Source: Felis catus
Lineage: Eukaryota
NCBI RefSeq assembly: GCF_018350175.1
Contig: NC_058369.1
Coordinates: 14,138,001 to 14,202,000 of the forward strand
DNA length: 64,000 nucleotides
Direction of reading: 5' to 3'
In this document: positions 56,301-64,000 of the stretch, in pieces
How the letters are laid out: each line of letters opens with the position of its first letter
Position numbering within the stretch: position 1 is the first letter of the stretch
The notes under the pieces: model-generated
What the model was told of the DNA's origin: nothing
Database searches by the model: none
Seen by the model: only the letters and a program-made list of their open reading frames with translations
Translations under genes and position numbers: made by a program

Positions 56301-59015
56301 ATTCTTCCCTAATATATTAATGCATAATCCTATTCTGATAAAAGCGTCATTTTTTTCTGGATTTGAACGTGATTCTAGACTTCATAGTTAAAAATAACTA
56401 TGTAAAGGTATCTGGGAGAACTTTGAACAAATCGATGAAGGGTTCCAGCCCTACCAGGTATTATAAGGTGTATGAAGCCTCTATAGTTAAAACGGTGTGG
56501 CACTAGTCCTTGGACACATGGACAGAAACACCAAGAGAAAGGCCAGAAACAAGGCATCTGATGAAGGTGGTCTCTCAAACCAGGGCAAAAAAGATGATCT
56601 TCTCAACAAATGGTGTCAGGACAACTGGGGAGCTTTCCAGAAACATATTTAATTGGATCCATGTAGCACCCTCTGCTCTGGAATAACTGCACACAGGGGA
56701 TCTAAATGTAAAACTGAAGCCATACAAGTGCTAGAGAAAAAGATATAAATGTCTTTATAACCCGTGTATGGGGAGAGAATTTCTATGACTCAGTATCCAG
56801 GTGCAATAAAAAAGAATTGAGAAATTTGATTACATGAAACACTTCTGCACTGCAGAACAAAGCATAAGCAAAAGGAAAGATAAACATCAAACTAAGAAGG
56901 AAACGTGCAACTATTTCATAGGTAAGAGCTCCTAAAAACTGAGAAAGAAGAGGCACCTGGCCAACTCAATAGCCAATAGGGCATGGGACTCGTGATCTCA
57001 GGGTTGTGAGTTTGAGCCCCACGTCGGGTATAGAGATTACTTACATAAATATTTTAGAAAAGATTTTATTTTTAAGTAATCTCTACACCCGATGTGGGCC
57101 TTGAACACACAACCCTGAGATCAAGAATTGCACGCCCTTCCTACTGAGGCAGTCAGGTGTCTCAAAAACACAATCTCTAAGAACTTGTGTCCCACAAAAG
57201 ACTGCTAGGATGAGAAAAACAAGTCACAGATGAGGAAGTATCTGCAAATCATACACCTGATAAAGGACTCATACAAAGAACATACAACGAAGCCTCCAAC
57301 TTGATTAATAAGTAAATAAATGTGGTCCAATCAAAGCTGGACCACAGATCCAAACGGGACACTTACATATAGAAAGCACATAGGCATACTTGAAACACTC
57401 AGCATCACTAGTCCTTGGAGAAATGAGAACCAGAGAGTGACACCGCCTCCCCGCACTGGGACACTAACATGGACACTGACGCTAACAAGTGCTGATGAGG
57501 ACGGGGAGGAACTAGAACTCTCATTCAGGCTGCTAAAAATGCAAAATGGTTGCAACCACTTAGAAAGGCAGCTTGGCAGTTTCTTCAAAAGTTAACCATG
57601 GACCTACCATGGAGCCAGCCTTTGCTCTCCTTGGTATTTACTGAAGAGAAATAAAGGCCTATATGCAAATTCTCACAGCGGCTTTATTTGTAATCATCCC
57701 AGACTGGAAACGTCTCAATGCCATCAACAGGTGAATGGGTAGATAACTGGTCCAGCCACACAATGGTATACACTCAGCAACAAAGAGGCGTGAACTGGGG
57801 ATACATGCAACAAACACCGCTGAATCCAAGTAATCGTGCTGAGTAAGGAGCCAGACAAAAAGCAAGAACAAGGTGCACTGACACAAAATTCTAAAAAAGG
57901 CAAACTATTTACAACAATAAAGCTGTTTTTTAAAAGACAATCTTTTTTTTTTTTTTTTTTAAGGGACAAATGAATAGTTTATAGAAGGATACACAAAAGA
58001 CACTGAAGTTTATGAAAAGATGTTCATGGCACAAAAACAGATATCCAGATCAATGGAACAGAATAGAGAACCCAGAAATGGACCCACAAACGTATGGTCA
58101 ACTAATCTTTGACAAAGCAGGAAAGAATATCCAATGCAATACAGACAGTCTCTTCAGCAAGTGGTGCTGGGAAAACTGGACAGCGACATGCAGAAAAATG
58201 AACCTGGACCACTTTCTTACACCAGACACAAAAATAAACTCAAAATGGATGAAAAACCTAAACGTAAGACAGGAAGCCATCAAAATCCTAGAGGAGAAAG
58301 CAGGCAAAAACCTCTTTGACCTTGGCCGCAGCAACTTCTTACTCAACACGTCTCTGGAGGCAAGGGAAACAAAAGCAAAAATAACTATTGGGACCTCATC
58401 AATATAAAAAGCTTCTGCACAGCGAAGGAAACAATCAGCAAAACTAAAAGGCAACCAATGGAATGGGAGAAGATATTTGCAAATGACATACCAGAAAAAG
58501 GGTGAGTATCCAAAATCTATAAAGAACTTATCAAACTCAACACCCAAAAAACAAATAATCCAGTGAAGAAATGGGCAAAAGACATGAAGAGACACTTGTC
58601 CAAAGATGACACCCAGATGGCTAACAGACACATGAAAAGATGCTCAGTATCACTCATCAGAGAAATACAAATCAAAACCACCATGAGATACCACCTCACA
58701 CCATGGCTAAAATTAACAACTCAGGCTGTTGGCAAGGATGCAGAGAAAGAAGATCTCTTTTGCATTGCTGGTGGGAATGCAAACTGGTGCAGCCACTCCG
58801 GAAAATAGTATGGAGATTCCTCAAAAAATTAAGAATAGAACTACACTATGACCCAGCAACTGCACGACTAGGTATTTATCCAAGGGATACAGGTGTGCTG
58901 TTTTGAAGGGGCACATGCACCCCAATGTTTATAGCAGTGCTATCGACAATAGGCACAGTATGTAAAGAGCCCAAATGTCTGTCATCAGATGAACGGACAA
59001 AGATGTAGTATATAT

Positions 59016-59064
<49 letters not shown>

Positions 59065-62000
59065 TATACATATATATATGTATATATATGTATATACACA
59101 CATACATACAATGGAGTATTACTTGGCAATCAAAAAGAGTGAAATCTTACCACTTGCACCTATGTGGATAGAACTAGAGGGTATTTGCTAAGCAAAATTA
59201 GTCAGAGAAAGACAAATATCATATGACTTCACTCATATGAGGAATTTAAGATACAAAACAGGTGAACATAAGGGAAGAAAAGCAAAAATAATATAAAAAC
59301 AGGGAAGGGGACAAAACATAAGAGACTCTTAAATGTAGAGAACAAACAGAGGGTTGCTGAAAGGGTTGTGGGAGTGGGGATGGCCTAAATGGGTAAGAAG
59401 CATTAAGAAAGACACTTATTTGGAGGAGTACGGGGTGTTATACATAGGGAATGAATCACTGAAATATGCTCCTGAAATCATTGTTGCACTATATGCTAAG
59501 TAACCTGGATGTAAATTAAAAAACAAATTTTTAAAAAATTACCAAAAAAAAGAAAAAATGTTCAATTTCACTCATAAGAAAAATGAAAACTAAAATTTCA
59601 CTGCGGAAATTAGAAATTTCTCATGAATCCTATCGGCTCTAAGGTATGTCAAAAGGTAAGAGGTGGGGACTGGTACTCCTGACACTGCATGGGGAGTGGC
59701 CCTGGGGAGGAGAAGCCGCATTATTTACTGAATTACGTTTGCAATGATCTTGGACCCAATAATCCCCCTTCTGAGAGATAACGGAAGATTTTCTCCACAA
59801 ACACAAAGCCATTGTGCATGAGGCCATTAAAGGGGCCATAAGAGCAGTGTGAATGCCTGCAGCTACGGAGTGACCCTGGTGTGGCTGCATGTGGAGAATG
59901 ACACAGTGGACAAGAGAAGGAGGGTACAGGTGGGACAGGCAGAAGGGGACTTCTGGATAGGTTGTGAAAGGAAAAAAACAAGTTGCAAAAGTGTCTACTA
60001 CATACAGAAGGTCACTTGTGGTGTAAGAACAAAGGAGGAAAGGCACACACACTAGAAATGAATGAAAACAGTTTCCTACTGATTGGTTGAGGGGATGAGG
60101 CTTCTCTGAGCTTATCTTTTGTTAATTTTTACTTTAGAACCATGCAAATACCATACTTATTTTTTACATTAAATTAAAAAGGATAGGAAAAATAGTCTCA
60201 AAACTGAACCTCTGTAGAAATAAACCTGACTATATGTCAAATTGTTGACATGACCACACCCACAAAATGAATGAACTCAAACAACTACTGAGCACATCAG
60301 AAGTATCATTTTTCTAAAGGAAAAGAAACAAAAAGTCACCTCGGAAGGTCTTTCCTAAATAGGCGTGCTATTGGGTGCCATCATTCTCAAACTACTCAGT
60401 GAGCACTGGGGGACAGAGTAAATCATTCCACCTAATGTTACTGTACAATGAGGGGCTCTGTATGGGCAAGGTGGGGACAGAGCCTTCTAGGGAACACTGC
60501 TGAGAAAAGTCTGTCAGAGAGGGTGACAATGAACCAAAACCATGGCAGTGCCAGGTGCCCAGGATGATGGAGTTCTCGCTGGGGAAAACAGCCAATGAAA
60601 TGCTCCTGGGCTGTCCCCTTCAGCCGGAACTGCCTGAGCGAGGTCGTGTGTGTAGCAGGTAGCCCAAATACGAGAACTGTCTAAGGCCCAGCAGGCCCCA
60701 AGGTCACCAGGACTATAAAAGACAGGATCAGGCTGAGCACCCATGAAACCGTCAGTGCTCCAAGGGGCTGGTGTGGGTCTCACAGAAAAACAGGAGGCAT
60801 GCCAGTGCAGAACTTACTCAAGGTTCCCATCAAGCATGCTCGGTCACAACTGGGTCCCAGAAATGCTCTAGGAAATGGGAAGTTTTCAACGACAGTCTTT
60901 TGTTTAAGTTTTATTTATTTATGTATTTTGAGAGAGAGAAAACTTGATCAGGGGAAGAGGCAGAGAGAGAAGGGAGAGCGAGAATCCCAAGCAGGCTCTG
61001 CACTGACAGTGCAAAGTCCAGATGCAGGGCTCGAACTCACAAACTGTGAGATCATGACCTAGGTGAAGTCGGAGGCTTAACTGACTCAGCCACCCAGGCG
61101 CCCCTCAACTGTAGTCTTAATTAGACTAAAGCATGACTTTCCAGCATGGGAGGAGTAGGGCAAGGGTCCAGAGTTCCCAGGCAACTACTGGATACAATTC
61201 ACACAGCATGGCAACGGTGCCTGCGATGAGTGGAGCCCAGCAGGGTTACGGCTCAGTACCAGGAACACATGGCTCCCAGGTAGCCTCCCTCTGGAGGGGA
61301 ACCTGCACCCCTCAAGAAAGAGCAGGTTTCTGGTTCTGTCACCTGCAGGCTGTGTGGTATTGAGTGGGCCACCCCATCTGAGGAATGGCGAGGATAATGG
61401 CACCCCTTCCTGGCAAAAAGATACCAGGCCACCACTACACGGAAGTGCTTGCTGCCCACAACTGGAATAGGACCCATCCATCACTGTAGGAGCAGCAAAT
61501 TCTCACCATCCGCCCACAGCACTGATGTGACCAGGGACAGTACCCTGCCCTCTTCCTCCCACTACTCCACACTACTCCACCTCTGCAAAGGTTCTGGGGA
61601 ATCTATTAGCCTCTCTGTGTGGGTGCTCTCTCCCCCGCCCCTGGTCAAAGCCCAACTGACCTTCAAATACAGCTTAAACTTCCCTCCAGGGCAGGTTTTT
61701 CCTGATGTCCCAGAAGAGGGCAGCACCGCCCAATACCACTAAGCAGATGCTTCCCTCTTACAGCCCTGAGCTCACCAAAAGTGAAGCCAGAACTTATCCT
61801 GGGGTGCCTCTTGGGGCAGAAGTGTGTCTGCCAGGCCACCCAGTGGGTTCTCAGGACACTTGTGGGATAAACACACTCAGTCAAAAGGGCATGATGGCTA
61901 CATACCATAAGTCAGGGTTGTCGGTGCTGTTTTCTATGCTGAATTGTTCGATCTCTGGTCCCACCTGAGCAACAAATCTGGCCAGTTTCTCTGCAGTCTC

Positions 62001-63543
62001 CATTGTCTTGACGTCAACTATAAAACAAAGCAACTGTCGTGTGTCAGTTCTAGGCTGCTGCTTCCAATTTCAACTTTGGGGGACTGTGGAGACTAATTAC
62101 AGAGACAGCCCTTGTGTCCCCTCACTGCATCCTTGCCCTTTGCCATAGGACTCTGCAGCTCTCTCCACAAATTGGGACTGGCCCTGGGACTCCTGCTGAC
62201 CAACAGAATGTGGCATAAGGGTGGAACCTGGGCTTCGGAGGTCTCGAGCCCCCCTACTGCCTCTCCTGGAGGCCCAACCCCAACTGTCAGGTGAACAAAC
62301 CCAGGCTAGCTGCTAGGGGGTGACAGGCATGTGGCCCCCATAACCCTGCTACCCCAGCCGATGGCCCCAACCAGTTGCTGCCCATAGACACAAATATAGG
62401 CCCAACTGAGTTCAGCAGACTCAGAGCAACACTGGATACCCCCGGTTTGAAGCCACAGTTTGGAATGTTTCGTTATATGGCAGTAGCTAGAGAATGTAGC
62501 ACTTGTGGACATTTTTTTCCCCCTCTCATTCCCACCTAGTGCTAAGTGACAAACACTGGTCAGGGAGGGGCAGGCCTACTGCAGAGAGAAAAGATAATAG
62601 CCAGGAGAAACCAGAAAGTGCAGGTCAGCTAACCCTGAGGATAGCAGAGATCCTAGGGGAAGAAGAGGCAGCAGAATGAGAGACCAGGGCAGCCCAATGG
62701 AATGTAAAGAAGGGCAAGAATGGAGTGAGAAATGGATCAAGGAGCTTAAAGCCCCAAGCATGGGCACACGGCACAACCTGGTAGCCAGCAGTAGGACCTT
62801 GCAGGGAGGCACAGTCACCAGGTAGCTCGCTGAGTCAGGTCCACCCTCAGGACAGGAGGAATACTGCTACGGGACTCGAGGGCGAGCCCCTCTAGGAAAC
62901 TAGAAAAAAGAAAGTGCCTCCACGTGCACCTGTCTTGGCCAGGTTCCTACTGCTTCTGCCTGCTGCTCAGACCATCCAGGTCGTAACCCCCCAACCCTGA
63001 AGATTGGTGAATCAGGGCTGAGGCCCAGAAGAGGGGGACAGGAATGAGTACTCACCGTCAGCAGATGGGCAGGGAGAGGAAGTCTGAGGGGCTTCAGAGA
63101 CTTCCACTCCTGTTAGCTTGGGGGATGGGCCCGAGGCTTCTGGGCTGGGGTCCCCAGGAGAGGGTCCGGCTGGGTCTGGTGGGCAGTCCTTGGCAGCAGT
63201 ATTTCCATCTGGCTGGGACAGCTTTCCCTGCAATGAACCTGGAGCCTGCCGGGCATGGTGTTTCAGTCTGGCACCCGAGGACAGGAGGGTCTGGGTCCCA
63301 GTGGTTGCTCTCCTCACCTTCCAGCCCCGGAGCCCTTGAGTGCGGAGCAGCCCCCGCCGCCGGCTGGGGAGGAGCTTCTTCTTGAGGCTCCGGATTGCCC
63401 GAGCATACAGCATGGCCCGGACCGCACACTCTGCTGCTGTGGGCTTTTGATCTGCTCCTGGTAAGGTATGGCTCATCCTCTGCATTTCTGCCAGCTTCAG
63501 TTTGTAATATTTATACTCCAGACTACTATCATCAGACAAAAAC
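49523..63543 (-). CDS. SUGP2: SURP and G-patch domain-containing protein 2, 3' part of CDS: join(63056-63543, 61906-62017, 55127-55656, 53199-53260, 50342-50478, 49523-49643); 5' exons outside window
   Basis: SURP-like segments ([34 protein letters not shown]...[18 protein letters not shown]), G-patch ([19 protein letters not shown]), C-terminus [19 protein letters not shown] phases join. Confidence 0.96.
50342..50478 (-). CDS. SUGP2: SUGP2 G-patch exon
   Basis: [50 protein letters not shown] boundaries. Confidence 0.96.
53199..53260 (-). CDS. SUGP2: SUGP2 62-nt exon ([21 protein letters not shown])
   Basis: AG/GT boundaries; phases 1/0 fit neighbouring exons. Confidence 0.93.
55127..55656 (-). 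CDS. SUGP2: SUGP2 exon with acidic tract
   Basis: [16 protein letters not shown]...[20 protein letters not shown] boundaries. Confidence 0.95.
56951..57163. mobile_element. Tail-to-tail inverted pair of short carnivore SINEs
   Basis: ...cgggtatagagattactta and its reverse complement taagtaatctctacacccg... ~30 nt apart. Confidence 0.85.
58027..59551 (+). mobile_element. 5'-truncated carnivore L1 (ORF2 C-terminus and 3' UTR) with TSD, containing a (TA)n-rich microsatellite at ~59009-59108
   Basis: [30 protein letters not shown]...; TSD gaaaagatgttca (58014-58026) / gaaaaaatgttca (59552-59564). Confidence 0.93.
60900..61104 (-). mobile_element. CanSINE
   Basis: Reverse-complement SINE body. 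Confidence 0.9.
61906..62017 (-). CDS. SUGP2: SUGP2 SURP exon ([37 protein letters not shown])
   Basis: AG/GT boundaries, in frame. Confidence 0.94.
63056..63543 (-). CDS. SUGP2: SUGP2 exon ([22 protein letters not shown]...SPCPSAD)
   Basis: AG/GT boundaries, in frame. Confidence 0.95.
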
Positions 63544-64000
63544 CTGTATGACAAAACAGGCACCGAAGGATATTGGTTAAAACACCACCCGATACCAAAT
63601 CATTGCTACAACCACATTTCTGCACATCCTTTCTAAGTGGCAGCCTCCCTGCTGCATGAGAAGCTCTGCTCCATGGACGGCCCAGGTCCCCCATCCTGCC
63701 CAGAGTAACTGTAGGGCAACAGGGAGCTCTGATCCAGCGCTCGATTCCTCTTTGGGTCCCACCATCACCTGCCATGAAGGAACTCACAAACCCTGGTGGC
63801 CTTGTAACACAAACCAGTCACTCTGGAGCCACAGAGACACTGCCATTCTGTCAACTGTAGAACCCATTTTTGGGAGGTGACACCCTTCAAAGGGCCCAGG
63901 GCGGCTGGGTGCTCAGTAACCCTTCAACAGCATCACTGAGGCCAGAGTGCCATGGCTGTGAAATCGTGTGCCAGAGCTGTAACAAGAGCAGTACAGGAAA

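Larger units (their letters stand above)
56270..60500 (+). mobile_element. Composite of old L1 relics in a SUGP2 intron, with nested younger insertions
   Basis: Decayed L1 ORF2/3' UTR-like sequence on both sides of the younger L1. Confidence 0.7.

Noticed and set aside
58012..58906. L1 ORF2-like ORFs as an active retrotransposon
   Set aside because: 5'-truncated and frameshifted; lacks the EN/RT core.

Overview
Mammalian genomic DNA, almost certainly a felid, judged by the dense carnivore/cat-type tRNA-derived SINEs. The gene order matches human 19p13.11. From left to right: the probable stop codon and 3' UTR of DDX49 (+ strand, identified mainly by synteny); the complete HOMER3 gene (- strand, 9 coding exons, 359 aa, CpG-island promoter at ~8.3-9.4 kb); a ~37-kb apparently intergenic interval; and the 3' part of SUGP2 (- strand, 6 coding exons with SURP-region and G-patch sequence, plus a spliced 3' UTR). 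The main finding lies in the 'intergenic' interval. Read on the minus strand, it holds a colinear series of about 9-11 decayed exons (~16-36.6 kb) of an intron-containing class-4 semaphorin (Sema domain, Ig domain, transmembrane-like segment). The gene is disabled by frameshifts, a stop codon, dead splice sites and an MLT2-type LTR inserted inside an exon. It looks like an ancient unitary pseudogene, plausibly the lost mammalian orthologue of SEMA4E; that identity is an inference. All protein comparisons were made by eye against recalled sequences, and repeat boundaries are approximate.
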